Below the pieces are notes generated by a model. The model did not search any database and was not told where the DNA came from. It was given only the letters and a program-made list of their open reading frames with translations. Both the position numbers and the translations under genes were made by a program. Below, piece after piece: positions 27,384 through 37,461 of a stretch of 64,000 nucleotides of DNA (positions are counted from its first letter, which is position 1; each line of letters starts with the position of its first letter). This stretch comes from a virus. The DNA lies in IMG/VR virus record IMGVR_UViG_3300044713_000194, positions 1-64,000 of that record, one strand, 5' to 3'.

Positions 27384-30067
27384 ACGAGGCTCCCGCTCCA
27401 ACTGGAGCTTCCAGTGGTAATGTCAAGCTCTTCAAGGCTACCGGCACTCACCGAGAGTGGAAGGGACGTTAGCCCGGTAAAGTTGGACTGGGTGCCTACT
27501 GCCGTCCCAGCCGCAATCGTGATACTTCCGGAACTAAATATGCTGCTGCCTCCGATTTTGACGTTCATTACGAGATTGGTCGAGGAGTCACTGGTGAGTG
27601 TCGTAAACGTACAGCCTGTGGTAAGAGACCCGGCGGTGGGAGCGGTCTGAATCCACGCGGGTGTGACCGCCACTCCGCTATTGATGTTGAATCCGGCTTC
27701 AATTGGGGAGACCGGAGTTGACCCACTTGCAACCACCCAATTCGTACCGTTGCAATAGGCGGCAATATGATACGAACCGCCGCCCGTGATTGTGGCCCCG
27801 ATGGAGTTTGTCGTGCTGTCGGTCACCGATCCTCTTGTACCTTCGGGCGCACCAGTTGAGCCGCAAGATGGGAGCGTCGAGAACGTGGCCGCTGTGATGT
27901 AGGGGAGGCCGGGTCCGGTCACTCCAGAAACGACGCTGCCACTCGGTGTCTGAAATTGAGCAAGAGGCACCACTTGAGTGGTATCCGAAACTCCTTTCAA
28001 AGCCAAAATCGTAATACCGCCACCGGGTGACGCTAGCGTCCAGTCAGCGGTGTATGTGGCTGCGCTACTAGCTCCCAGATCGTAAGCCGCGATACCCGCA
28101 AAACTGCCGAGCAGTACCCACGGCGACGCTGCACTAGCGCCGCTAAGGCTGCCGCTCGATCCCGGAAGATAACCGGTGAACAGCATGTCGGTCTGCGTCG
28201 TTGTAATTGAGATGTTCTGCGGGCTGGAACTGTTCCCAGCAAATATCACTGAGCCGTCGAGCGGCGAAGAAGTGTTGACGTTCGAGAATGCCCATTCCGA
28301 AACATCGAGCACCTGCGAACCAGGATTACAACTGACCGTATCGCTTCCGCTCGCCGTGACGACGCCAATTTCAACTGTGGTATTACCGAAAAAGCCACCT
28401 ACATTGAAATTGTCTACTGTTGTCCACGTACTACCCAGAGAATCGCTTATTGAGGATGCCTCATCCGCCTGGCATATCGAAAGAATAACCCAACCAGCAC
28501 TGACGGTGATTGAGTTCGAAGTACCCCCCGACACACTGGTCTGTAACACCGGCAGAGAAGCGCCGGAACTGTTTCCCTTGACGATCAGCCCGTTGTGATT
28601 GGCGTCCGCAGTCACAATACTCTGCTGGCCAAGAAAGTTGTTCGGCGCGTTCGTAGACGCGGCGTTCGTGACTTGAGTGGCGGTGTAGTCTCCAGTCTGG
28701 GGCACAATCGCACCTGTGCGCACATTGCCCACTGGGCCGAAGCTGTTAACGCCTTTCGAATTCGGCGTCTTGCCAGCCGCGTTCAAATAGGCCCAGGACC
28801 AGAACAAGTGTCCACAGTCACCGGGATGTGGAGCGCCAACAGTGGAGGCCGGGCAAACGCGTCCGTTCGGATAGGTGCCTCCAGCGTAAGGAATGGAGGA
28901 GTCCGGCCACGCTGTCTGCGTGCTCACGTAGTTGACTATAAAACCATCCGCCTGAAGCTGGCTGACCAAGTTGTGCATGTCGGTGTCAAACGTCGCGCAA
29001 AAGCTTCCAATCGTGCAGCCTCCCGACGATCCATACTCTTCACCACCGACGAACACGCGCGGATAAACGAGCCCGAGATAGGTCTGATTCGCCTGTGGAG
29101 GACTGACGAAGAAGGCGACGATGAACGGATCGCCGGAACTGGCGGATGTCACCGTGATCGTGTAGGTGTGCGTTGCCGCTGTGCTCGGAAGCGCATACCG
29201 CTGGCCCCACCATGTAGCGGTGTTGCCCGGATCAGTCCCGATAGTTCCGGCAGCGCCCGAGGACCAGGTGTCGGCGGTCGTGCCGTCGATGGCAAATGTT
29301 GCAGTCGCTGTGCCGCCGCTGTAGACGCCCCAGACCGCGATCACATCGTTGGCGACAGGATATGGCGTCGTACACGTCAGCACGCCTGTGCCTGTGGTCT
29401 GCATAGCGACGCCGCTGTGAAATTGATTGTTGGCCGTCCAGGTGCCCGACGTCGCGACGCATTCGGTCGTATTCGAAGCCAATATCTTTGCATAGTGGGG
29501 AGATCCGCCCCAGGCGACGACTGTGGTCAAAGCGGCGATAAGCGCCTGCGGCTCGTTGGTGATCGTTCCGGGGCTCGGGCCAAGGCCGGGATCGGCAATG
29601 GACGGATCGCTTCCGCCGCAATCGATGAAGATGTCCGGCGCTCCAGTGTCTCCCGGATCGATGTTGGGCAACACCTGCATGTCGAGGCAATCGAGCATGG
29701 CGCTTTCGCCATACTTCGGGATGCTGAAACTCGGATCGGCGAGGGGCCAATCCTGGCCGAGGCCGCCGTAAGCTTTGATGATGAGCGATCCCACGGCATT
29801 GCAGTCGGCGGCGGGCACTTGGCCTGGCGCGTATCCGGTTGTTCCGCAGCCGGTCGAATCGAATCCTGCGTAAGTCGGTGAATTGCCAAAGAAGTATGCG
29901 CCGCCGCCGCCTTGCACCATGCTGCCTGGCTGATAGCTGCAAGGCGCGGCGCTATTGTTGGGACAACGGATGCCACCATTCGGGCTCACAGTCTGCGCGT
30001 GCGCCGGACGACTCACAAATGCAAAGCCCATCAAAAGGGCGAACAATAGAAAAAGCTTAGTACGCAT
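27374..30067 (-). CDS. Tail-fibre-like protein with signal peptide and SGNH-like segment
   Basis: MRTKLFLLFALLMGFAFVSRPAHA-Q; PHPGDCGH; tail-repeat-like GVNSFG..RTGAIVPQTGDYT; TLPSC...YCNGTNW module. Confidence 0.65.
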   Translation of the reverse strand: MRTKLFLLFALLMGFAFVSRPAHAQTVSPNGGIRCPNNSAAPCSYQPGSMVQGGGGAYFFGNSPTYAGFDSTGCGTTGYAPGQVPAADCNAVGSLIIKAYGGLGQDWPLADPSFSIPKYGESAMLDCLDMQVLPNIDPGDTGAPDIFIDCGGSDPSIADPGLGPSPGTITNEPQALIAALTTVVAWGGSPHYAKILASNTTECVATSGTWTANNQFHSGVAMQTTGTGVLTCTTPYPVANDVIAVWGVYSGGTATATFAIDGTTADTWSSGAAGTIGTDPGNTATWWGQRYALPSTAATHTYTITVTSASSGDPFIVAFFVSPPQANQTYLGLVYPRVFVGGEEYGSSGGCTIGSFCATFDTDMHNLVSQLQADGFIVNYVSTQTAWPDSSIPYAGGTYPNGRVCPASTVGAPHPGDCGHLFWSWAYLNAAGKTPNSKGVNSFGPVGNVRTGAIVPQTGDYTATQVTNAASTNAPNNFLGQQSIVTADANHNGLIVKGNSSGASLPVLQTSVSGGTSNSITVSAGWVILSICQADEASSISDSLGSTWTTVDNFNVGGFFGNTTVEIGVVTASGSDTVSCNPGSQVLDVSEWAFSNVNTSSPLDGSVIFAGNSSSPQNISITTTQTDMLFTGYLPGSSGSLSGASAASPWVLLGSFAGIAAYDLGASSAATYTADWTLASPGGGITILALKGVSDTTQVVPLAQFQTPSGSVVSGVTGPGLPYITAATFSTLPSCGSTGAPEGTRGSVTDSTTNSIGATITGGGSYHIAAYCNGTNWVVASGSTPVSPIEAGFNINSGVAVTPAWIQTAPTAGSLTTGCTFTTLTSDSSTNLVMNVKIGGSSIFSSGSITIAAGTAVGTQSNFTGLTSLPLSVSAGSLEELDITTGSSSWSGSLVCR

Positions 30068-31220
30068 AGAGTTCATGGGTGTCTCCAAGGGCAGAGTTTG
30101 GCGGAGGCGGCTGCGAGCCGATGATCGTCAGAGTGTCGCCCGAGATCGTGTAGTAGGAGCCGTAGATCATCTTGCTGCCGTTCACGAAATAGAACGAGGC
30201 AGCGGGAGTCGTCGGCGTAGTGCCGAGCGTGTAGGTAGTGCCGCCGTTGGGACTACTCGGCGAAAGAGTCTGTGGAACGCCAAAACCCGCCCCGCCGCCC
30301 CCGCTTGACGGGGTCGTCGGAACATACTCGCTACCGTTGTACTCCAGCACCTGGCCGGTGGTAGGCGCAGTCGCTGAGACGGGGATACTTTGGATTTCTG
30401 TTGCGTTTCCGCTTCCACCCACTGCCGAAATGACTCCGCCAGTTGCAGTGATGGTTGTCCCGTCCACCTTGACCGCGCCGAATGCGGAGGCGCTTGCTAA
30501 AGGCAGATCGGCTGGGACAATCGCTCCAAACGAAGGAGCCGCCGCCGATCCGGAGACGGGTCCACGGAAGAATGTATTGGCGTTCTGAGCGTTATCGCTG
30601 ATGGCAAAGGTGCCGTTGGTCGTGACCGGAGAACCGGAGACGGACTGGCGCGAGGGAACGGTAATCGCTACGCTTGTGACAGTGCCCGCACCCGAAGGTC
30701 CGACCGCTATCCATGCACTCCCGGTGTCGTAATAAATCTTGTTGGTGTCGGTCGTAAGGAAAATACGGCCTGCCGTTCCTGCGGATGGTTTTGACGCGTC
30801 TGTGCCTTCAAGGATGTCCGCCCCGCCTCCTCCCCCTCCTCCGGTCGAAAGCTCGGTCCAGCCCGAGCCGGTGTAAACACGGAAGAAACCCGAGGCTACA
30901 TCCCAGATGAGCCAGCCTTGATTAGGTGTCCAGAATTCCCAGCCGGGGACCTTATTGTTGGTGCCAGCAGTCGTTATCTCCGTTGACCAGACGGCGATCG
31001 AGTTCTGATAGGCGGCCCAGACACCGGTAGGAGCGCCGAGAAGCAAGTAGGCGTCCCCGTTGTTGGGCGACGTAGGCGGCGTCGTCGCGGTGGAATTGAT
31101 GACGTTCCCCTGCACCATCGCATCGAAAAAACGAAGGAAAGGACGGAACTGGTCGGTGTAGTTGTCACCGCTGTTTCCGTTGATCAGAAGCCCGAGTTTT
31201 GGTCCTAGTGTGACTGCCAT
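30057..31220 (-). CDS. DUF2793-like tail fibre protein
   Basis: PPTSPNNGDAYLL...GVWA...IAVW...GWEFWTPNQGW...YTGSGW; GTVTSV and GAVKVDG fibre repeats. Confidence 0.75.
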   Translation of the reverse strand: MAVTLGPKLGLLINGNSGDNYTDQFRPFLRFFDAMVQGNVINSTATTPPTSPNNGDAYLLLGAPTGVWAAYQNSIAVWSTEITTAGTNNKVPGWEFWTPNQGWLIWDVASGFFRVYTGSGWTELSTGGGGGGGADILEGTDASKPSAGTAGRIFLTTDTNKIYYDTGSAWIAVGPSGAGTVTSVAITVPSRQSVSGSPVTTNGTFAISDNAQNANTFFRGPVSGSAAAPSFGAIVPADLPLASASAFGAVKVDGTTITATGGVISAVGGSGNATEIQSIPVSATAPTTGQVLEYNGSEYVPTTPSSGGGGAGFGVPQTLSPSSPNGGTTYTLGTTPTTPAASFYFVNGSKMIYGSYYTISGDTLTIIGSQPPPPNSALGDTHELYAY

Positions 31221-31223
31221 CAG

Positions 31224-31544
31224 TTAGCTCGCAAAGAAAGTACCAAAGCTGGTTCCGAATCCCATCAACTGGCTAACCCCGGCTTGAAACGGAGCAAGCG
31301 GCATGTGATGCACGACCTGGATCACTCCGGTCAGGTCGATGTTGTTCTCTAAAAAGATCAGGTAGCGGTTATTTGCAATATCGAATCCAAATGACTGAAC
31401 CGACTGCTTGACGCCGTCCACGTAAATCTGAAGATCGCGGCTTGGATTGAAGGCACCGAGAAGTACGGAAGTCAGTGGACCATTGAGATTTCCGAGACCC
31501 AGAACAATACGATTGGGGTAGGCCGTACTGCATTGAACATTCAT
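31224..31544 (-). CDS. Hypothetical tail-associated protein
   Basis: 106 aa, coupled in operon. Confidence 0.6.
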   Translation of the reverse strand: MNVQCSTAYPNRIVLGLGNLNGPLTSVLLGAFNPSRDLQIYVDGVKQSVQSFGFDIANNRYLIFLENNIDLTGVIQVVHHMPLAPFQAGVSQLMGFGTSFGTFFAS

Positions 31545-31547
31545 GCC

Positions 31548-32594
31548 TTACCTCCGACCGGGGTTGTTGCGCAGACGCTGCTGTGTCTCACGATGGCGAC
31601 GTATTTGGTCCTGCTTTTGAAGCTGCTTGAGACGCTCGTTATCGCGCGGATTGAGGCGCGGAAGCGTCTTCTGAGGCTTCAGTTGGGGCGGCAGTGCAGC
31701 GGCGGGGGCGCTATTGTCCCTCACTTGGCCAGGAGTTGCAGTGGCGGGGACGTTATTAGGCGTAGGCTGTGGCGGCGCGGCGGCGGGCGCGGTGCGCGAT
31801 ACGGTCTCGGGCTTCTTTTTCTCGTCGAGGTCTTTGATCATCGGCATCGGCGCGAGCGGCGCGGGGGCTACGGGCGTCGGCACATCGACCTTGTCTTCAT
31901 CGAGAACCGGTGTCTTTGCACGTTCTTCAGGAGTGGCGGGCTCGTCACGCTTTACGACGTGATCAGACGGCGGATGCGGGCCGGAAACAGGTGAGGGAGG
32001 TGTTTCTTCCTTCTTCTTGCGACGCAGGAGCTTATCCGGTGCGCCTGGAATCCCCTTCTCCTTCTGACGTTTCTTATGCTCCTGCACGTTGCGCTGGCGG
32101 ATGATGTTGACGATATTGTGCTGGACGGACGGAAGAATGCGCTCAAACACGGCCTTGCAGTGCTTACAGATGAGGAAGTGATTGCGGAGATCCAGCCGTT
32201 CAGTCGGCGCGGTAAGCAATGGGCGTGGCTCTCCTTCAAGCGCATCCCGTTGATTAAGATTCCATTGTGCTCCCCAGTACAGGAACGCAGCGCACGTGCA
32301 CGAAGCCTCCACGTCAAGGTTTTTGGCCGAGGTCTCATCGGTTACACTCGACAAGTCAAAGCGCACCTTCACGTCGTGTCCGGCAGGATCGGAGGTTTTC
32401 AGGTTGCACTTGACGTTGTAGTTGAGGAAGAGCGAACGGGGATTGGAGCCGGTAAGCTTTGGATTGCAGCCTGGGCGGTTCTTCGTCGAGAATTCGTTTG
32501 TCTGCTGGACAAGCTCCGGCACCGAGATGGCGATTTTGTGACTGCCGGGGCGGAAGTACTCGCCGAGCTTGAACTTTACACTGACCTCAGACAA
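31548..32594 (-). CDS. SWIM-type zinc finger protein
   Basis: SCTCAAFLYWG...ICKHC; Pro-rich C-terminus. Confidence 0.7.
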   Translation of the reverse strand: MSEVSVKFKLGEYFRPGSHKIAISVPELVQQTNEFSTKNRPGCNPKLTGSNPRSLFLNYNVKCNLKTSDPAGHDVKVRFDLSSVTDETSAKNLDVEASCTCAAFLYWGAQWNLNQRDALEGEPRPLLTAPTERLDLRNHFLICKHCKAVFERILPSVQHNIVNIIRQRNVQEHKKRQKEKGIPGAPDKLLRRKKKEETPPSPVSGPHPPSDHVVKRDEPATPEERAKTPVLDEDKVDVPTPVAPAPLAPMPMIKDLDEKKKPETVSRTAPAAAPPQPTPNNVPATATPGQVRDNSAPAAALPPQLKPQKTLPRLNPRDNERLKQLQKQDQIRRHRETQQRLRNNPGRR

Positions 32595-32635
32595 GCGGAA
32601 CTCCCCCTCACAAGAAGCGTTTGAGAGTCGATTTC

Positions 32636-32857
32636 CTAGCGCTTGTCTTCATCCCGCACAAGAATGATCGTGGGGTACAGCGATGTGCGCCGATATTTGT
32701 AGTAGCGATGCTTCGCCTGGTACGCGCGCCATTCCTTACGGGACAGGGGCTGCCTACGAAGAAATACCTGGTGCGCCACCGCTGTGACGGCGGTGGCTGC
32801 CGCAACGAGGAAGACCTTCATGACAAAGGCCTCTTCGGGGGAGAGATGGAGAAACAA
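32636..32857 (-). CDS. Possible small hypothetical protein
   Basis: Fills the gap between two genes; hydrophobic N-terminus. Confidence 0.35.
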   Translation of the reverse strand: MFLHLSPEEAFVMKVFLVAAATAVTAVAHQVFLRRQPLSRKEWRAYQAKHRYYKYRRTSLYPTIILVRDEDKR

Positions 32858-32878
32858 GGGCGCGCCCTCCCTGGTGAG

Positions 32879-33805
32879 TTAGGCTCCGGATTCTGCCGCT
32901 GCCTTGGCCTTCTGAATATCCTCGATCAGCTTCGGCTTGGCCGGGTTCTTCTGGTAGGTCAGGCCGTACTTGGTCCGCGCGTACACGAGCATGTCGTTGT
33001 ACTTGAGAAGTGAGAAGTCGATCTCGTCGGTTGTGGCGGCGTTACCGGTACCCTCTGCATCCGCAGGTACTCCGCCTTCATCAGCGCCGGGTCCGTCGTT
33101 TTCAGTGACGGCCTCTTCACCCTCGACCTTCTGCCCGCCAGCACCGGCGTCTTCGCTCTGCTCTTCGAAACCGATCGCCTGCGCCTCGGCATCGGAGAAG
33201 CCCGCCGCCTTCGCGTCTTCGAACTTGGCGACACCGGAGGCCTCGTCGCCGGTTACTGTGTCGGGGGTCTCAACAATGGCCTTAGCAATGGGCTCGGCTT
33301 GCTTGGAGAGCAACTGCGTCCGCTGCTCCCGAAGCTCGGCGGAGCGGAAAGCGAGCGTAGACGAAGATGCCTGGCCCTGGAAGGTCTGATTGGAGAGGTA
33401 CTCAATCTTGGCCAAAGCTCCGTCGATCAACGCAAGTTTCTGGTTGCTGGTTTCGGCTTTTTCGATTTGCTCGGTAAGCGGTGCGAACAGCGCAAAGCAC
33501 GCGGCGCAGTCCCCGTCGCCATTGTTATCCGGACCAAGACCGCAGGTGGTGCAAAGCTTGACCGAAGGCTTTTGAACTGGAGGAGCCTCGGGCGTATCCT
33601 TCACTTCCTTGATCCAGCCGCTGGCAATGAGGGCCGGAACAGAGGCGGCGTTGGGAGCGAATGTGGTAGCCACCAATTTCCGATTGCGGTATACGGACAC
33701 TTTGTTGCTGTTGTTCGAGTCGTACAGAACAATGTCGCCCTTCTCGATATAGGCGTGGGCGAAGGTCATATTAAAGCGCTTTGCAACGACGTAGGTCTTT
33801 ACCAT
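32879..33805 (-). CDS. Hypothetical protein with C-terminal HeH/Rho-N-like helical motif
   Basis: ATG 33805 after GAGGGAG; CTTC..CAAC; C-terminal LKYNDMLVYARTKYGL...KPKLIEDI. Confidence 0.65.
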   Translation of the reverse strand: MVKTYVVAKRFNMTFAHAYIEKGDIVLYDSNNSNKVSVYRNRKLVATTFAPNAASVPALIASGWIKEVKDTPEAPPVQKPSVKLCTTCGLGPDNNGDGDCAACFALFAPLTEQIEKAETSNQKLALIDGALAKIEYLSNQTFQGQASSSTLAFRSAELREQRTQLLSKQAEPIAKAIVETPDTVTGDEASGVAKFEDAKAAGFSDAEAQAIGFEEQSEDAGAGGQKVEGEEAVTENDGPGADEGGVPADAEGTGNAATTDEIDFSLLKYNDMLVYARTKYGLTYQKNPAKPKLIEDIQKAKAAAESGA

Positions 33806-33816
33806 GCAGAACTCCC

Positions 33817-33830
33817 TCAAGAGGTAATAC
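33817..33830 (-). promoter_or_regulatory. GTATTACCYCTTRA motif
   Basis: GTATTACCTCTTGA. Confidence 0.5.
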
Positions 33831-33861
33831 CGGTTTAAGGTACCGATCTGAAAATGTGCCG

Positions 33862-33890
33862 AAAAAGAAAAGGGCAGCCGAAGCTGCCCT
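33862..33890 (-). terminator. Terminator after major capsid gene
   Basis: AGGGCAGC-TTCG-GCTGCCCT-TTTCTTTTT. Confidence 0.85.
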
Positions 33891-33919
33891 CATCTGTTGT
33901 CCTCCCCGGACACCGAGGA

Positions 33920-34912
33920 TTAGTCGGTTGTGTTGCCCGGGTACGGGATGGCGTTGCCTTCCGCGATCATTCCGCCGCTCTCGCCAGGTACCGTGGTCGG
34001 CACGCTGACCGTACGCGAAACCACCAGGCGCTGGACGCCGGAGGGGTTGAAGATCGTGAAGCCAAGGATCTCGAAGATCGAGAACCCGATCTGCCGGAGG
34101 TCCGGACGATCCGCGCTCATGACCGTGAGGGGCACGCGCTCGGGGATCACGCCGAGGAACTCGGCTTCCGTCAGGATGTAGACGATGCCGTAGTTCACCT
34201 TACGGGACTGGAGCAGCGTCGCACCCCACAGGTAGCCCATCACACCGGTCTTGATCAACTTGCGCTGAGTCTCACGGTCGATGTTGTCCTGCGTCCACTT
34301 GCGGAGGTCGGCGTAGTCCTTCGGGTTGAAGAACACGTAGGCCACCGAAAGATCGTGACGCTCGACCTGGGCGAAGCCATCGGCCATCGCATCGACGGTG
34401 ATCGGTGCGGTGATCGGCTGGTCCACATTCAGGACGTAGTCGTCGGGCAGCGCGGTCGCGGCGGCGGCTGCCGTCGCATCCAGAAGGCCGAAGATCTTCT
34501 CGTCCTCAGCGGCACCGATCTCGGCTTTACCGAGGTTCAGGGCACGCTGAACGATGTCGAAGCGGCGCTCCTTGATCTGGGTGATCGGAATCATCGGGAG
34601 TTCAGCAATTTCGAAGGTCGGAACCGTGATACGGTTCGGCTTCACAACGCTGACGATGTCCGAGCCCTCTTCGCCGACGTAGAACGCCTGAACGAAGCTC
34701 TGACCGGTGGAATCGAATTCTCGGTCATAGATCGGCAGTGCGCCATCGGGCAGAGTTTCAACCATCAGAGCCTTGCGAGCAATGCTCAGATAGTCACGAC
34801 GCCGACGCAGAGACGGGCCAAGAGAGGCCGCGAGCTTCTGCCGACCGGCAGCGGATTTCAGCAGGGTCCCAAGAATGTTGGTCTGCTGCTGATTGCGAGA
34901 GAGATTTGCCAT
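33920..34912 (-). CDS. Major capsid protein (HK97-like fold)
   Basis: GRQKLAASL...RDYLSIARKAL.VE.LPDGALPIYD...VPTFEI...ERRFDIV.RA...ED; follows protease/scaffold/decoration genes; strong terminator. Confidence 0.85.
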   Translation of the reverse strand: MANLSRNQQQTNILGTLLKSAAGRQKLAASLGPSLRRRRDYLSIARKALMVETLPDGALPIYDREFDSTGQSFVQAFYVGEEGSDIVSVVKPNRITVPTFEIAELPMIPITQIKERRFDIVQRALNLGKAEIGAAEDEKIFGLLDATAAAAATALPDDYVLNVDQPITAPITVDAMADGFAQVERHDLSVAYVFFNPKDYADLRKWTQDNIDRETQRKLIKTGVMGYLWGATLLQSRKVNYGIVYILTEAEFLGVIPERVPLTVMSADRPDLRQIGFSIFEILGFTIFNPSGVQRLVVSRTVSVPTTVPGESGGMIAEGNAIPYPGNTTD

Positions 34913-34958
34913 GGTAATATTTCTCGTTTCTCGTCGTAGTCCGTTTTCCTGTCAGGGA

Positions 34959-35456
34959 TTACAGGTACGAAGCAACTCCCAACCAGGGATTCTGGGTTGT
35001 GGGCGACTGCGTGCAGACGCCGATTGCTGCGGTGTATGCGCCCGTGCCGGTGGCGGCGGTCGCGGTGATCAGACCCTTCTTCGAGCCGCCTCCGGCATAA
35101 ACCGGAAGGCCGACCGTGAAGGTCGCTGTGGCGTCGTAGGCCTGGCTGTCCACGTAGAACTGGGGCAGACCGCGAAGGATGGGGGCCTTACCTGAACCCG
35201 AAGGTCCGATGGAGCCCGCAAATTCGCCGGGGCCGTTGATGAGGAAGCCGAACGGGACCTGGCCCGCAGAGGCGTCACATGGGCCAATCACCTGGCCACG
35301 GCCTGCGGTTGCGGACGTGAAGAGCGCCATAACAGCGCCACCCAAGTAACCCGCATTCGTAAGCGTGATCTGGTCAGTGCCCGGATTCCCGGTCAGCGCA
35401 ACATCGGGAGCGGTGGAACCGTCCTGCTGACCGTAGTACTTCTGGCGAAGAGACAT
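34959..35456 (-). CDS. Capsid decoration/cement protein
   Basis: 165-aa G/A/T-rich protein between scaffold and MCP; GSGK...YD...G.PVY....G.IT pattern. Confidence 0.65.
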   Translation of the reverse strand: MSLRQKYYGQQDGSTAPDVALTGNPGTDQITLTNAGYLGGAVMALFTSATAGRGQVIGPCDASAGQVPFGFLINGPGEFAGSIGPSGSGKAPILRGLPQFYVDSQAYDATATFTVGLPVYAGGGSKKGLITATAATGTGAYTAAIGVCTQSPTTQNPWLGVASYL

Positions 35457-35560
35457 GATGTTTTCTCCGAGGAAAGTTGTTGAGGTTTACCGTTCCCAGT
35501 GCGACCTCCCGGAGTGGAAGCAGCGCACTATAGGTCAGGCACAGTTGAAGCACCGATGTG

Positions 35561-35585
35561 CATCTACAAGAGGCACCCCGTAGTT
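35561..35585 (-). promoter_or_regulatory. Late-type promoter motif for decoration/MCP operon
   Basis: AACTACGGGGTGCCTCTTGTAGATG. Confidence 0.6.
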
Positions 35586-35647
35586 CGTTTTTCGAATTAA
35601 CTTCGGTTTTTCGGAGGGCTACGGAGTATTTACGGTGGACAAATAGA

Positions 35648-35673
35648 GAAGGCCACCATCTGCGGTGGCCTTC
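35648..35673 (-). terminator. Terminator after scaffold gene
   Basis: GAAGGCCACC/GGTGGCCTTC stem followed by TCTATTT. Confidence 0.65.
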
Positions 35674-35727
35674 GATGCCCATTGCCCCGGGACCAGGGGA
35701 TAGTCCGTTACCGGACTGTGGTGCAGC

Positions 35728-37383
35728 TTACTGGTAGTCGGCCTCGTCGGAGAAGACCAGAGCGGCCAGGTTGCCACCGGCGATCTTCACGGCTTGCGCC
35801 AAAGGATCGAAGTGGGTTGCGAGTTTGGGGAAGGCACCGCCGCCATCGACCTTCTTGCCAGCCACACGGCGAGCCTTGGTACCGGCCTGCTTGTCCTTGG
35901 GCTCCTTCAGTTCGTTGGTTGTATCCTGCTTATCGCGCTTCCATTCGTTGCCCGCAGGCTTGTGGAGATTGGCGATTTCGGTCAGCAGGTCGCCATCGTG
36001 ATCGGTGTCGGCGTCACGGCCCTCCGAACCTTTGTCGGCCTCGAAATGGCTTACGAGATCGCCCGGCTTCACGATGCCGTCGTTGCTCGCGGCCTGTTTG
36101 GACGCGAAGATCGACGCCATGGGATCATCACCGATTTCCTCGACGACGAACATGTCCGCCGGGGAGCCGATGGCCTCTTCCTGATCCAGGACACCTTCAA
36201 GTTCAGCGGCGTCGCTCGGCGCGAACCACGCATCTTCGGCCATTTCCTCGCCATCCTCATCGTTGAGCGCCGAGACCTTGTCCGAAAAATTGTCGTCGGA
36301 GAAGATGTTCTCGATGTTCAGTTCCTCGGGGGCGGGTGCTTCGCCTTCAGCGCTTCCGTCCATCGCCTCGTCCAAGCCACCGTCTTCAAGGGCTGCATCG
36401 AATGCGCCCTCACCGGCAGCTTCCTCGGTCAGGTTGATGTCGTCTGCGTCGCCAAGCTCGTCGTTGATGGCCTCTTCGAGAGTGGAAATGTCGTCCTTCA
36501 CGTCCTCGATCGCATCCTTGAGAGTCTCCTTCTCTTCGTCGAAGACCTCACCCTCGGCTGCTTCCGCGCCCTCGGCGTCCCCGGCGTCTGCGTCGGACTC
36601 GCCCTCAACCGCGTCGGCATCGGCATTTTCCTCGTGCTCCATGGCCGATTCCTCGACTGGGTTCGGTTCGGTCTCGCCTTCGCCAGCGGCTTCCTGGTCA
36701 ACGGCGTCACCTTCAACACCCTCTTCGGCTACCTTCGCGGCAGCTTCCTTCTTGCAGTTCTCACAGCCCTTGCAGCCTTCGCCGCAGGCGGTTTTGGACG
36801 CGGCTTCCTTTTTCTCGCCTTCTTCTTTCTTTTCTTCGTCCATCTTCATGGAGGCAACCTTGCCTTCGCCGCCATCGGTCCAGATTTTCTGCTTGGCCGG
36901 ATCGGTGGAGTTGTCGGCGTCCATGCCCTGGGGCTCGGTACGCTTGCCCTCGTCGTAGGTGGCTGGCTGCTCGCCGCACTCTTTGCGATCGTCGGCGACC
37001 TTCGCTGAAGCGTTCTTGGCATCGCCCTTCAACTCGGACAGGACCGCCGCCTTCTCCTTCGAGAGGCTCGATGGCTCGTCGAGCAGATCGTTGAGGTCCA
37101 TCTTGTGCACGTCCTTGAAAGCCTCGGCGACGCGCGTATAGTGCGCATTGACGGCTGCCTGGCGCAGCATCGCTTTCAGCACGGGTGTCGAGTTCAAAAG
37201 CAGGTTCTTCGCCAGCTTCACATGCTGCTCGGCGGGGGCGGAGGGGAGCATGGTCTTGGCAAGCGTGTAGGCTGAGGCTACGCGGGTCTTGATCTGCCGC
37301 GTCTCCGCCGCCTGCTTCTTTTCAGCCGCGACCCGTCCCGCAAGGGAGGTCCGGTTGGGATTCGTAGTCGTTGAGTTTGCCAT
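35728..37383 (-). CDS. Capsid scaffolding protein
   Basis: Highly acidic, low-complexity, many KxA motifs; between protease and capsid genes. Confidence 0.7.
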   Translation of the reverse strand: MANSTTTNPNRTSLAGRVAAEKKQAAETRQIKTRVASAYTLAKTMLPSAPAEQHVKLAKNLLLNSTPVLKAMLRQAAVNAHYTRVAEAFKDVHKMDLNDLLDEPSSLSKEKAAVLSELKGDAKNASAKVADDRKECGEQPATYDEGKRTEPQGMDADNSTDPAKQKIWTDGGEGKVASMKMDEEKKEEGEKKEAASKTACGEGCKGCENCKKEAAAKVAEEGVEGDAVDQEAAGEGETEPNPVEESAMEHEENADADAVEGESDADAGDAEGAEAAEGEVFDEEKETLKDAIEDVKDDISTLEEAINDELGDADDINLTEEAAGEGAFDAALEDGGLDEAMDGSAEGEAPAPEELNIENIFSDDNFSDKVSALNDEDGEEMAEDAWFAPSDAAELEGVLDQEEAIGSPADMFVVEEIGDDPMASIFASKQAASNDGIVKPGDLVSHFEADKGSEGRDADTDHDGDLLTEIANLHKPAGNEWKRDKQDTTNELKEPKDKQAGTKARRVAGKKVDGGGAFPKLATHFDPLAQAVKIAGGNLAALVFSDEADYQ

Positions 37384-37461
37384 AGATGGTTACCTTTCCA
37401 TGCATTTGGTGGGTAATGCCCCCACTAAAGCTGAATTTGAAAGTTCCTTTCCTCAATTCAC

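Noticed and set aside
25920-30067. Host assignment to Acidobacteriota from the style of the secreted proteins
   Set aside because: Impression only; needs homology or CRISPR-spacer evidence
33854-34939. Long ORF antisense to the major capsid gene (also 10596..11594, 28595..29881, 35794..37008, 39086..39931 and others)
   Set aside because: Shadow ORFs produced by GC-rich codon bias of the real gene on the opposite strand; no RBS or motifs
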